A stretch of 64,000 nucleotides of DNA, taken from Bacteroidia bacterium. Its GTDB lineage: Bacteria > Bacteroidota > Bacteroidia > B-17B0 > Aurantibacillaceae. The notes beneath the pieces are model-generated. The model did no database searches and had not been told where the DNA came from. It was given only the letters and a program-made list of their open reading frames with translations. Both the position numbers and the translations under genes were made by a program. The stretch spans positions 6,183 to 70,182 of the forward strand of contig JBBQRR010000010.1 of the NCBI GenBank assembly GCA_038214655.1, written 5' to 3'. This document shows, in pieces, positions 28,321 to 37,165 of the stretch (positions are counted from its first letter, which is position 1; the number at the start of each line of letters is the position of its first letter).

Positions 28321-29777
28321 AAGCGGATGTTAAGGGAATATGGGTCTCTTGACAACACAATTACTTTATCAAGTACTGAAAGCGAATTTAAATCAATAAA
28401 AACAAGAGTACCATTTACGCCGCCACAAACACTTGTATGATGCGGAGGCGATGTACTTGATAAATTACGGTTTATCACATAAACTAATCCTGCAGCATCA
28501 TCTACAGCAATTCCGTGAGGCTGTGTGCCCGTGGCAATCTCTGTCTTCAAAGTATTTGTAACTAAATCAATAACCGCAACCCTACCTTGCATGCCCATAT
28601 AAGTGCCGTCGTACGAAGTAACAAACAATAAATTTTTTGTAGCAGAGATACTCATTTCATATCCGCCCGACTTAAGCGCAATACTTGTAATTAAATTATC
28701 CGTAAGCGCATCAAAAACTTTTACCGCCAAATCGCCTGCATTATTATTACCGGCGCAGCTTACATAATATTTTGTTCCGTCGGGAGAGAAAACAATTTCG
28801 TGCGGATTATACAGAATTGAAGTTTGAGGTCCCGATATTTGAAAAGCCACCTGATCATAAGTACCCGGCTTTGAAAGACTATCCACATTTATTTTATACA
28901 AATAATTTCCACCGGTGGCAGTTATAAATAAGTTTTTTCCATCCGGAGAAACGCAGCAGCCGTGCGGCGAATCTGCTAAATGAATTGAATCAGTTACCGC
29001 CATCGTGGTTAAATCACATTTAACTACTTTACCTCCCGGCAAAGGAGCCCACTCAACCGCAAATAAAAATTTGCTGTCAGGCGTAAAATTCATCGTATTC
29101 CAATTTGCATTGCCCACATAAATTTTACCGTCAAAAGCATCATCTGTAGTACGGTAACGCTTAATATAAGAACCTCCTATGGCGCAGATATACCAATACT
29201 TGCCGTCGGGAGATAATTTTACCTGATGCGGAGAAGTATTTTGCTCTGTAGCATCGGCAATATCCACATAGCGCATTGGCAAATTTGTTTCGGCATCAAA
29301 AACAGTTACCACTCTGCAACCCTGATTAACTACATAATATTTTTTACGATTTGGATTACCCGAAAATTTTATATTGCCTTTTTCATCCGGTGCGCCTGCG
29401 CTTATCCAGGCTTTCAATTTATTTACTTCGTCACGGGATAAGGCAGCGCCTGTGCGGGGCATTGGGTTGGTTGTTGTTATTCCCAAATCCGCATAGGTAT
29501 TTACGAAATACAAAAGCGTACTATAATCCGGGCGAAACGGAATAACCACCGCACCCGCATCCGAGCCTTCAAATAATTTATTCCACGAGCTAACATCCAG
29601 CTTTCCTGCCCTATCGGTACTGTTATGGCAACCGCTGCTTATACATTTACTTTCTAAAATATACGCTATATCCTTCGGGAAACCGGTTTTGCCAATAATA
29701 ATCTCATCGCGCTTGCAGGAATTTGCAAAAAAAAGTATCACAAGTACAATTGCAAATAAAACCTTACTTTTATTCAT
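28317..29777 (-). CDS. Lipoprotein: cytochrome c-like domain (CX4CH) + YncE/YVTN beta-propeller
   Basis: Lipobox FANSC; KCISSGCH; I..WI..GA; PHQVKLSPDG, PHG.CVSPDG and PHEIVFSPDG repeats. Confidence 0.7.
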   Translation of the reverse strand: MNKSKVLFAIVLVILFFANSCKRDEIIIGKTGFPKDIAYILESKCISSGCHNSTDRAGKLDVSSWNKLFEGSDAGAVVIPFRPDYSTLLYFVNTYADLGITTTNPMPRTGAALSRDEVNKLKAWISAGAPDEKGNIKFSGNPNRKKYYVVNQGCRVVTVFDAETNLPMRYVDIADATEQNTSPHQVKLSPDGKYWYICAIGGSYIKRYRTTDDAFDGKIYVGNANWNTMNFTPDSKFLFAVEWAPLPGGKVVKCDLTTMAVTDSIHLADSPHGCCVSPDGKNLFITATGGNYLYKINVDSLSKPGTYDQVAFQISGPQTSILYNPHEIVFSPDGTKYYVSCAGNNNAGDLAVKVFDALTDNLITSIALKSGGYEMSISATKNLLFVTSYDGTYMGMQGRVAVIDLVTNTLKTEIATGTQPHGIAVDDAAGLVYVINRNLSSTSPPHHTSVCGGVNGTLVFIDLNSLSVLDKVIVLSRDPYSLNIRF

Positions 29778-32031
29778 GTTGCACAATAATTTTTTGAGCA
29801 CTTATCTTTTTAAGATTTCCACTTTCGTTATATACCTGAATGTTTAAAAAATAAATTCCATTAGAAACGCCCGACAAATCCATTTGCATTTCATTATCCC
29901 TAAAATTCATTTCTTTGATAATTCTCCCCGACACATCGGTTACTTGCACTTTTTTAGAATTTACGTTAAACGAATTAAATTTAATATTTAAAAAATCTGA
30001 ACTTGGGTTTGGATAAACACTTAACTCGTTGAACAAAATAGTTTCGGCAATATTGTTATAATTGGTAGAAAGCCCTTTGTAAAAACTCAATCCCCCGCTG
30101 TAATTTCCAATCAGCATATCCAAACGTGCATCGCCATTTAAATCGTATAAAACAGGCGCGGTATGTTCTCCTTCAAAAATTCCATAAGCGTTTAAATTTA
30201 TCAATGAAAATGTTCCACCCAAATTACCTGTAATATTACCGTACAAGTAAATATTGCCGCACTCGCTGCCAACCAACATTTTGTAACTGCCGCCATCATC
30301 AAATACAAATGGCATCGCTTGCCCTAAATTGCTGCACAAGGGTTGCAAAACATTTACGCCGCCCAAAGCAGTGCTGGTTAAAGTAAAGGTAGGTGCCGTT
30401 GTGGTACCAATATTATAATAGTAATAAATTTTTCCGGCCTGGTTGCCTGCTATTATATCCAATTTGCCGTCTTTATCTAAATCAATTAATTGCGGATAGG
30501 CCTTAACACCAACATCCATCAATTGCAAAAATCCAACGCCGTAACTTGCTGTAGGAATATTTGAAAAAACTGCAGGATTACCAAAGCCCGCCGTATTTGT
30601 AAAATAAGAAAAACGTCCGTTATTATCGCCAACCAATAAATCCAAATCGCCATCGCCGTCCAAATCGCCGGTGGTGGGAGCCATATTTATAATTCCTATT
30701 GCCGAAAGATTAGAAAAATCTGCCGTCACTAAAGTGAATGACGGAGTTACAGGAGTGCCAATATTTTTAAACAGTGCAATTTTTGAAGAATATGGCGTGC
30801 CATAATATCCAAAATTACCAACCAGTAAATCCAAATCTCCGTCGCCTTCATAGTCAAACAAAGTTGGATAAGCACCTTCGCCTAAATCAATCATGCTCTC
30901 TTGCAAAAAATTATTTTTTACATAATTTAATACCGGACTATTGTCCACATTGCTATTTGTATAAAGCCAAAGATTATTTACGTTTTCGCTTCCCTGTATA
31001 TTTGGTGCAGCAATCAAATCGCGTTTACTGTCGTTATTCAAGTCTAAATAATACGTGCATGGAAAAATACTCATGCCTATAGGTTTCGCGGGTGGATAAT
31101 TTGTTGTGTTAGCATCAATGTGCGCGCTGTTAAAATGTCCGCCGTTATGCAGGTAGATAACCGAATCGCAAACAACATCGCCCAACAAAACATCCGTTAA
31201 AGAATCGCCATCGGCATTAAAACACATAATGCAAGAGCCCGCATGGTGATTTGTTTTTGCCATTTGTGCATTTAAGTCGTTCAGAATTTTTGGAAAAGCG
31301 CAAACAAATTTATTTACGGTGCAGGAGCTTTCATTAATATCGCCCCAACAATTATCTACGGCGTTAAAAATAAGACTGTCGCAATTATACCCTTTTTCTT
31401 TAGATTGATTTTGATGATACTCTATCTGGTAGCCCTGCGCATTAAAAACAAGTATATCCAAATCGCCGTCATTGTCTATATCCGTAACGCCCGGCAGCGC
31501 AACCTGATTAACAGGAATATTAAAAGTACCCGGAACCCCAAGAGGAGTATAATCACTTGCTAAATAATAAGTGCCAATACCCGCGTCGTAATGGCCAACG
31601 GGCGTAAATTGAAAATTACCTGCGGTAGAAATATTTTTGTAAACTAAAATTCCGCCGGCACCATTGGCATATGTAAAAATATCTTCCTTGCCATCGCAAT
31701 TATAATCATGCAGCGCAAACCACGAATTTATAGTGGGCCAGTTATTTTGGTAATCCGGATTATGCGTAAAAGAAACTACGCCCGCTTGTTTATCATTTAT
31801 AAAAGTGCGGATTTTCCCTCCCGATTTATCGTAAACTACAAGGTCCTTAAACCCGTCGTTATCCAAATCTATCATTCCCCAATTGGTAAAGTTAAGGCCA
31901 CCGGCCCAGGGGAATTTTAATGTACTGCCGGCAATATTAACCACAATACTGCTGTCGCGCTGCATATTGGGCTGCGCAAAAAGTTCGAAAGAAGTGAGGG
32001 CAAAAACAAGTATAAAAAGCAGCTTTTTCAC
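29770..32031 (-). CDS. T9SS-secreted FG-GAP/VCBS repeat protein
   Basis: Repeated D.D.DGD.DLLVG motifs; CTD VYPNPSS; TACCTTTG box 5 nt upstream of the GTG start. Confidence 0.9.
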   Translation of the reverse strand: MKKLLFILVFALTSFELFAQPNMQRDSSIVVNIAGSTLKFPWAGGLNFTNWGMIDLDNDGFKDLVVYDKSGGKIRTFINDKQAGVVSFTHNPDYQNNWPTINSWFALHDYNCDGKEDIFTYANGAGGILVYKNISTAGNFQFTPVGHYDAGIGTYYLASDYTPLGVPGTFNIPVNQVALPGVTDIDNDGDLDILVFNAQGYQIEYHQNQSKEKGYNCDSLIFNAVDNCWGDINESSCTVNKFVCAFPKILNDLNAQMAKTNHHAGSCIMCFNADGDSLTDVLLGDVVCDSVIYLHNGGHFNSAHIDANTTNYPPAKPIGMSIFPCTYYLDLNNDSKRDLIAAPNIQGSENVNNLWLYTNSNVDNSPVLNYVKNNFLQESMIDLGEGAYPTLFDYEGDGDLDLLVGNFGYYGTPYSSKIALFKNIGTPVTPSFTLVTADFSNLSAIGIINMAPTTGDLDGDGDLDLLVGDNNGRFSYFTNTAGFGNPAVFSNIPTASYGVGFLQLMDVGVKAYPQLIDLDKDGKLDIIAGNQAGKIYYYYNIGTTTAPTFTLTSTALGGVNVLQPLCSNLGQAMPFVFDDGGSYKMLVGSECGNIYLYGNITGNLGGTFSLINLNAYGIFEGEHTAPVLYDLNGDARLDMLIGNYSGGLSFYKGLSTNYNNIAETILFNELSVYPNPSSDFLNIKFNSFNVNSKKVQVTDVSGRIIKEMNFRDNEMQMDLSGVSNGIYFLNIQVYNESGNLKKISAQKIIVQHE

Positions 32032-32082
32032 TCTAACAAAGGTAATAAAATGCAGTTTGAATTAGTACAAACTTTGTTAAAT

Positions 32083-32116
32083 AAAAAAGTCCCGCCTTAC
32101 GGTGGGACTTTCTTTT
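32083..32116 (-). terminator. Intrinsic terminator of small lipoprotein gene
   Basis: AAAGTCCCGCC-TTAC-GGTGGGACTTT hairpin with flanking A/T tracts. Confidence 0.8.
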
Positions 32117-32133
32117 AAAAGAATCTTTACAGA

Positions 32134-32415
32134 TTACTTTTTAGACGGTTTAATCAATTTTTTCTTGATTGAATCCTCGTGTGCAGCAGCAGCTGCAGCA
32201 TCAGCAACAGCTTTGTCAGCAGCAGCGATAGAGTCAGTTTTTGCTTGAGCAATAGCAGCGTCAGCAGCATTTTTCAAAGAATCAGCAGTAACAGCAGCAG
32301 ACATTGAATCAGCAGTAGCTTGAGCTTTTTTCTCTAATTCGGCTTTACTTGGACCACAAGCAACGATAGCAAGAGCTAAAGAAGCGATGGCAACGGTTGA
32401 TAGAACTTTTTTCAT
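32134..32415 (-). CDS. Small Ala-rich lipoprotein
   Basis: Lipobox IVAC; repeats of (T/A)ADS..AA; strongly biased codon use. Confidence 0.85.
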   Translation of the reverse strand: MKKVLSTVAIASLALAIVACGPSKAELEKKAQATADSMSAAVTADSLKNAADAAIAQAKTDSIAAADKAVADAAAAAAHEDSIKKKLIKPSKK

Positions 32416-32563
32416 GGTTGTTTTTAGTTTTTATTTGAGGGCAAAAATATGGCTTTTTATAAAAACACCAAAAAAAAATGTAAAATATATTAAAATTATA
32501 CTGTTAGCTAATTAAGCACGTTATACCCTATTAGCTGGGTTTTAAACCCGAAATTTACCAAGA

Positions 32564-35200
32564 ATGAACCCCAACGAGCAAATACCAGAGCAATTTCCTC
32601 TAAAAAGGAAGCCCTCGGCCCTAAAAAGACTGCTAAAGGCGCTATTTTGGCTCATAAGTATAATCTTAATTCTAGTCCTCATTCCAATTACGCTGCTGTT
32701 TATTTACGAAAAGGAAATAAAAAGCGCCATTATTACCGAAATAAACACCCATTTAAAGGCCAAAGTGTACATAAATCCCGATAATATCGACCTCACCATA
32801 CTCAGAACCTTTCCAAAAGCGGCATTGATTTTTAAAGATGTTACCGTTATGGGGGCCTTGGAGGAGCTAAAAACCGACACTCTTCTGCATGCCCAAAGCA
32901 TTTACCTGCTTTTTAACGCCAAAGATCTTTGGAACAAGAAGTACGAAATTCAGCAAATAAAGGTCTTGGGCTCTGATTTAAACCTGCTTGTAAATAAAGA
33001 AGGCGATACAAATTATGATATTTGGGAAAGCACTGCGGAGAGTTTAACAAAAACAGAAAAAGCTACAGCGTTTAAACTGGAAATGGTTTCTTTTAGCGAT
33101 TTTAATTTTTCGTATAAAAATATTCAGAGTAAAATTAAAACGGCGGCGGCTTTTAAAGAAGTTACTTTTTCGGGCAATTTTGGCGACAAAGAATATGCTT
33201 TGGAAGTAAAGGCTAATGGATATCTGAATTATATCAAATCAAACAAACGCACTTTTATAAAAAATAAAAATATTACGGCGGCAGTATCGGCTCAGGTAAA
33301 GGAGAAAACTTATACGCTTACCAATGCAGAAATTGGTTTAAATAAATTATTTTTTACAGTTAGCGGATGGGTGAGCGATAAGGAAACCGAAACGCCCGCA
33401 GAAATTGTCTTTAAAGGAAAAAATATTGATGTGCAATCTATCCTATCGTTGATGCCCGAACAGTTCCACGAAAAAATTAAAAATTACCGGAGCGAAGGGA
33501 TTTTTTACAGCGATTTAAGTTTAAAAGGAAATTTAGGGGATTATAATACGCTTGATATAAAAGCAAACTTCGGTACATCTAAAGCCAGCGTTACTTACGC
33601 TCCTACTAAAACAACTTTAGCAGACATCAGTTTTACAGGTTCTTTTGTGAAGGAGAAATTTTCCGCGGAGATACTTAGTCTTAAAGAAATTAAAGCGCAT
33701 CAAAATCAAAACTTTGTTTCAGGCGAATTTTCATTGAGTAATTTTGCCAGTCCGTATTTAAAATTAAAGGCCAAAGGAAATTACAATCTGACAGATTTTC
33801 TTACGCTTGTTCCTATCGACACAATTTCTTCCGCAAATGGGATGGTTGATTTTGAAGTGGAAGGCAATATTAATTTAAATGACGCCAAAACAAAGCAAAT
33901 AGGTACGAGCTCGGCCAAAGGTAAAATAGATTTAAAAGAAGTTGAGCTTGTGTTTAAAAACGGCCACACACTGCAAGTACCGGGCGGAGAAATTAGTATT
34001 GACAATGAAAGTCTGGAGACAAAAAACCTAACTGTTATTCACGGTAAATCCTCCATAGAGGTTAGCGGTAAGGCTACAAACTTTTTAAATTATGTTTTAA
34101 AACCCGAGCAGCCTTTATTTGTAGAATTACGTGTTAAATCGCCGTTTATTTATGTGGATGATTTTATTTTGCCTCCTGCAGAAGTGAAGAAGACAGAGAA
34201 CGGCGAGAAGCAAAATACGTTTAACCTGCAGGATAATATCAGCGCCGATTTAAAATTAGAAATTACAGATGTTGTGTTCCGCAGCTTTAAAGCACACAAT
34301 TTGCAGGGAGCCTTGGAAATAAAAAACAAAAAACTTATGGCTAAAAACTTTTCCTTCGAAGCATTTGGAGGAGATATTGCGTTTACCGGAGTTGCCGACG
34401 CAAGTAAGCCCGACAAACTCGATATTAGAGGAAGTACGAAGCTGGTTGATGTAAACATCAAACAAATGTTTACGCAGCTGAATAATTTTGGACAAACTGT
34501 AATAGAAGCGCAAAACATAAACGGCAAAGCCACCACACAGGTTGATTTTAGTGCAAGTTGGGATAATAAATTAGCATGCGATTTGAAGAGTGTACAGGCC
34601 GCTGCCGACTTAAGTATTGTTAACGGCGAATTGAATGATTACAAATTACTGGAAGTGTTGGGCGAATATGTGCAGCTGAAAGAATTGAAGCATGTGAAGT
34701 TCTCGAATTTGCAAACACATGTGGACATAAAAAACCAAACCGTTTATATTTCTAAAACTTCGGTTAAAAACTCGGCTCTTGATATTGAAATTTCGGGTTC
34801 GCAGACTTTTGATTATGTAATTGATTACAGAGTTAAGTTGCGATTGAGCGACTGGCTGGCGAAGCGGCCGGGCAAGAGCAAACAAATGGATGATGAGTTA
34901 TTAGAAACGGAGAACGACCCCGAAAACAGGCGCTGCGTGTTTATACACATGACCGGCACCATTGACAAACCGATTATTACCTACGACCGCAAGGCGATGA
35001 AGCAAAAAATTAAGGAAGATTTAAAGGAAGAAAAAAATACTTTGAAGAAAATTCTCAATGAAGAATTCGGTTGGTTTAAGAAAGACAGTCTCGCTAAAAA
35101 AGAAAACAAAAAAGACCAGCAATTTAAAATAGATTTCAACCAAAAGAAAAAAGAAGAGGAAAAGAAAAAGAAAGAGGAAGAGAATGATGGAGATTTTTAG
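32564..35200 (+). CDS. AsmA-like family protein
   Basis: N-terminal TM anchor, long beta-rich body, C-terminal G..TFD..IDY and GTIDKP. Confidence 0.8.
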   Translation: MNPNEQIPEQFPLKRKPSALKRLLKALFWLISIILILVLIPITLLFIYEKEIKSAIITEINTHLKAKVYINPDNIDLTILRTFPKAALIFKDVTVMGALEELKTDTLLHAQSIYLLFNAKDLWNKKYEIQQIKVLGSDLNLLVNKEGDTNYDIWESTAESLTKTEKATAFKLEMVSFSDFNFSYKNIQSKIKTAAAFKEVTFSGNFGDKEYALEVKANGYLNYIKSNKRTFIKNKNITAAVSAQVKEKTYTLTNAEIGLNKLFFTVSGWVSDKETETPAEIVFKGKNIDVQSILSLMPEQFHEKIKNYRSEGIFYSDLSLKGNLGDYNTLDIKANFGTSKASVTYAPTKTTLADISFTGSFVKEKFSAEILSLKEIKAHQNQNFVSGEFSLSNFASPYLKLKAKGNYNLTDFLTLVPIDTISSANGMVDFEVEGNINLNDAKTKQIGTSSAKGKIDLKEVELVFKNGHTLQVPGGEISIDNESLETKNLTVIHGKSSIEVSGKATNFLNYVLKPEQPLFVELRVKSPFIYVDDFILPPAEVKKTENGEKQNTFNLQDNISADLKLEITDVVFRSFKAHNLQGALEIKNKKLMAKNFSFEAFGGDIAFTGVADASKPDKLDIRGSTKLVDVNIKQMFTQLNNFGQTVIEAQNINGKATTQVDFSASWDNKLACDLKSVQAAADLSIVNGELNDYKLLEVLGEYVQLKELKHVKFSNLQTHVDIKNQTVYISKTSVKNSALDIEISGSQTFDYVIDYRVKLRLSDWLAKRPGKSKQMDDELLETENDPENRRCVFIHMTGTIDKPIITYDRKAMKQKIKEDLKEEKNTLKKILNEEFGWFKKDSLAKKENKKDQQFKIDFNQKKKEEEKKKKEEENDGDF

Positions 35201-35206
35201 TATAAA

Positions 35207-35773
35207 ATGGTAATAGAAAAATACTTTATAGCCATAGTCTTACCCGAGCCGCTACAGCAAGAAGTAATGGCTTTTAAAGAATACGTTAAAGACAATTTTA
35301 ATAGCAAGGGAGCTTTACGTTCGCCCGCCCATATTACCTTGCACATGCCTTTTGAGTGGAAATCTGAGAAAGAAGAATTTCTGATAAAAACCTTATCAGA
35401 ATTTAAATTCAACGAGGAGTTCAAATTAGAATTAAAAAATTTTTCCTGCTTTGAACCGAGAGTGGTTTATGTGGATGTTGTAAAGAACGACACTCTGAAC
35501 CAATTACAAAAAGAACTCGTTAAGCACGTAAAGCTAAACCTCGGTTTAATGAACGAAGCAGAAAACATGCGCGGCTTTCACCCACACGCCACCATCGCAT
35601 TCCGTGACCTGAATAAAGCCAAATTTACAGGGGCCTGGGAACATTTTAAAACCCAAACTTACTCCGCCAACTTCTCAACCAAAAGCTTCCATCTGCTAAA
35701 GCATTCGCAAGGTATCTGGAACATCTATAAGGAGTTCGGCTTTTTGCCGCAAAGTCACAAAGGCGCAAAGTAG
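35207..35773 (+). CDS. 2'-5' RNA ligase / 2H phosphoesterase family protein
   Basis: Two HxT motifs: PAHITL and FHPHATI. Confidence 0.88.
   Translation: MVIEKYFIAIVLPEPLQQEVMAFKEYVKDNFNSKGALRSPAHITLHMPFEWKSEKEEFLIKTLSEFKFNEEFKLELKNFSCFEPRVVYVDVVKNDTLNQLQKELVKHVKLNLGLMNEAENMRGFHPHATIAFRDLNKAKFTGAWEHFKTQTYSANFSTKSFHLLKHSQGIWNIYKEFGFLPQSHKGAK
35743..35770 (+). repeat. CACAAAG-family repeat forming the 3' end of the 2H gene
   Basis: TTTGCCGCAAAGTCACAAAGGCGCAAAG followed by TAG; encodes LPQSHKGAK. Confidence 0.75.
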
Positions 35774-35796
35774 CTTTCTATTTTTACGGAACAACC

Positions 35797-35827
35797 CTGC
35801 CTACTGCCAACTCCTTACTGCCTACTG
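35797..35827 (-). repeat. Heptamer repeat, same family as 26592 in opposite orientation
   Basis: Reverse complement reads CAGTAGG CAGTAAG GAGTTGG CAGTAGG CAG. Confidence 0.85.
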
Positions 35828-35859
35828 ACCACGCCCGATTACAGCGCTATGCCAATCAT

Positions 35860-35890
35860 TTTGCCATTTTGCTCAATATTTGTACATTTG
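35860..35890 (+). promoter_or_regulatory. Bacteroidota housekeeping promoter upstream of the riboswitch
   Basis: TTTG (35860-35863), 19-nt spacer, TACATTTG (35883-35890). Confidence 0.7.
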
Positions 35891-35908
35891 CATCAGTTCT
35901 TTTTTAAA

Positions 35909-36076
35909 CTTATCAAGAAAGGCAGAGGGATACGCCCGTTGAAGCCTTGGCAACCCTGACAGAATTAAAAAGTCAGAAGTAAAAAGTCAAAACTCAAGTT
36001 TTTAACTTTTCACTTTTAATTTTTAACTTTTCGAAGAAGGTGCCAACTCGTTCAGATTAAAATCTGGAGAGATAAG
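35909..36076 (+). promoter_or_regulatory. SAM-I (S-box) riboswitch with enlarged P3
   Basis: P1 CTTATC/GATAAG; AAGA; P2 AAGGC/GCCTT with GAGGGA; GGCAACC; AAGGTGCCAA; P4 TTCAGATT/AATCTGGA; lies upstream of a methyltransferase and metH. Confidence 0.92.
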
Positions 36077-36107
36077 TCAGAATGATATATGATTAAAAAA
36101 TTCATAC

Positions 36108-36144
36108 AATCTCTTCTGACTAAATTTGGAAGGGATTTTTTTTT
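36108..36144 (+). terminator. Riboswitch expression-platform terminator
   Basis: Stem AATCTCTTCT/GGAAGGGATT plus T-run; antiterminator AGTCAGAA (36075-36082) pairs with TTCTGACT (36114-36121). Confidence 0.85.
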
Positions 36145-36157
36145 GGAATAAAGCCAA

Positions 36158-36217
36158 TGTCAGATCGAGCGTAGTCGAGGGCATTGTATTAGTTTCTCGA
36201 CTACGCTCGAAATGACA
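36158..36217. repeat. REP-like palindrome in the methyltransferase 5' UTR
   Basis: 22-nt arms TGTCAGATCGAGCGTAGTCGAG and CTCGACTACGCTCGAAATGACA, 20/22 complementary. Confidence 0.88.
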
Positions 36218-36228
36218 GAAAGAATAAA

Positions 36229-36993
36229 ATGAGTAAAGAAGTGCTAAATAGATTCGCTGATCGCGTAGATAACTACGTTAAATACCGGCCGCATTACCCC
36301 GCGGAAGTATTTGACTTTTTAGAAAGCGAAGGAATTATTGCCGAGGGCTCAATCATTGCAGATATAGGTTCCGGCACAGGAATTTCAGCTGAGCAACTTT
36401 TACAACGTGGTTATACCGTTTATGGAATAGAGCCCAACAAAGAAATGCGCGAAGCCGCCGAAAATATCTTAAAAGAATTCAAAAAATTTAAAAGCGTAGA
36501 AGCAACTGCAGAAAACACGAAACTCGAAAATAATTCGGTTAACGCTATCGTTGCCGGACAAGCCTTTCATTGGTTCGATAGAGAAAAAACGAAGGCCGAG
36601 TTCAAACGAATCCTTAAACCAAACGGCCAAGTTGTTTTAATGTGGAATGACCGCCGCACTGATACAACCGACTTTTTAAAAGTGTACGAAGATTTTTTAC
36701 AAATGTTTGGCACCGATTACAAAGAGGTAAATCACAAAAATACGCAGGACAAAAAAATATTTACCGAATTTTTTGGCGGAAACTTTAACGAAAAAAGTTT
36801 TTACAATTTTCAGGATGTCGATTTTGCCGGATTAAAAGGCCGCGTGCTTTCATCTTCGTATATGCCCGGCGAAGGGCACACCGATTATGATTTTATGATT
36901 AGCACCTTGAAGAAAATCTTCATACGCTACCAGGAAAACGGAAAAGTTAAACTGGATTACGATACAAAAATTTATTACGGAGAAATACAATAG
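36229..36993 (+). CDS. Class I SAM-dependent methyltransferase
   Basis: Y.KYRP.YP; ADIGSGTG; GIEPN..M; AGQAFHWFD. Confidence 0.92.
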   Translation: MSKEVLNRFADRVDNYVKYRPHYPAEVFDFLESEGIIAEGSIIADIGSGTGISAEQLLQRGYTVYGIEPNKEMREAAENILKEFKKFKSVEATAENTKLENNSVNAIVAGQAFHWFDREKTKAEFKRILKPNGQVVLMWNDRRTDTTDFLKVYEDFLQMFGTDYKEVNHKNTQDKKIFTEFFGGNFNEKSFYNFQDVDFAGLKGRVLSSSYMPGEGHTDYDFMISTLKKIFIRYQENGKVKLDYDTKIYYGEIQ

Positions 36994-37127
36994 AACACAG
37001 ATGATTATGATTAACGCGGATAAAATTTTTATTTTAAGACTCAAGCAAAAATATTACACAACAACGCTCACATTGCAACTAAACAAAAAAACATTTTAAA
37101 TCATAAACAATCGGTGTCATCCGCGTT
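36994..37127. repeat. CAGAT/GCGGAT periodic inverted-repeat element
   Basis: AACGCGGAT (37013-37021) is the exact inverse of ATCCGCGTT (37119-37127); flanking AACACAGAT and AATCGGTGT. Confidence 0.7.
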
Positions 37128-37165
37128 CCATTAGCCGATCACAAATAATAGCAGAAAGAAAGTAT

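Noticed and set aside
28317-29777. Beta-propeller as the PAL lyase partner of the PHM-like enzyme
   Set aside because: It lies about 15 kb away in another operon and its blades look YncE/YVTN-like; no sequence evidence links the two.
35207-35773. 2H phosphoesterase as a phage anti-CBASS (Acb1-like) protein
   Set aside because: It is co-oriented directly after AsmA in a housekeeping context with no phage genes; an ordinary LigT-like protein is more parsimonious.
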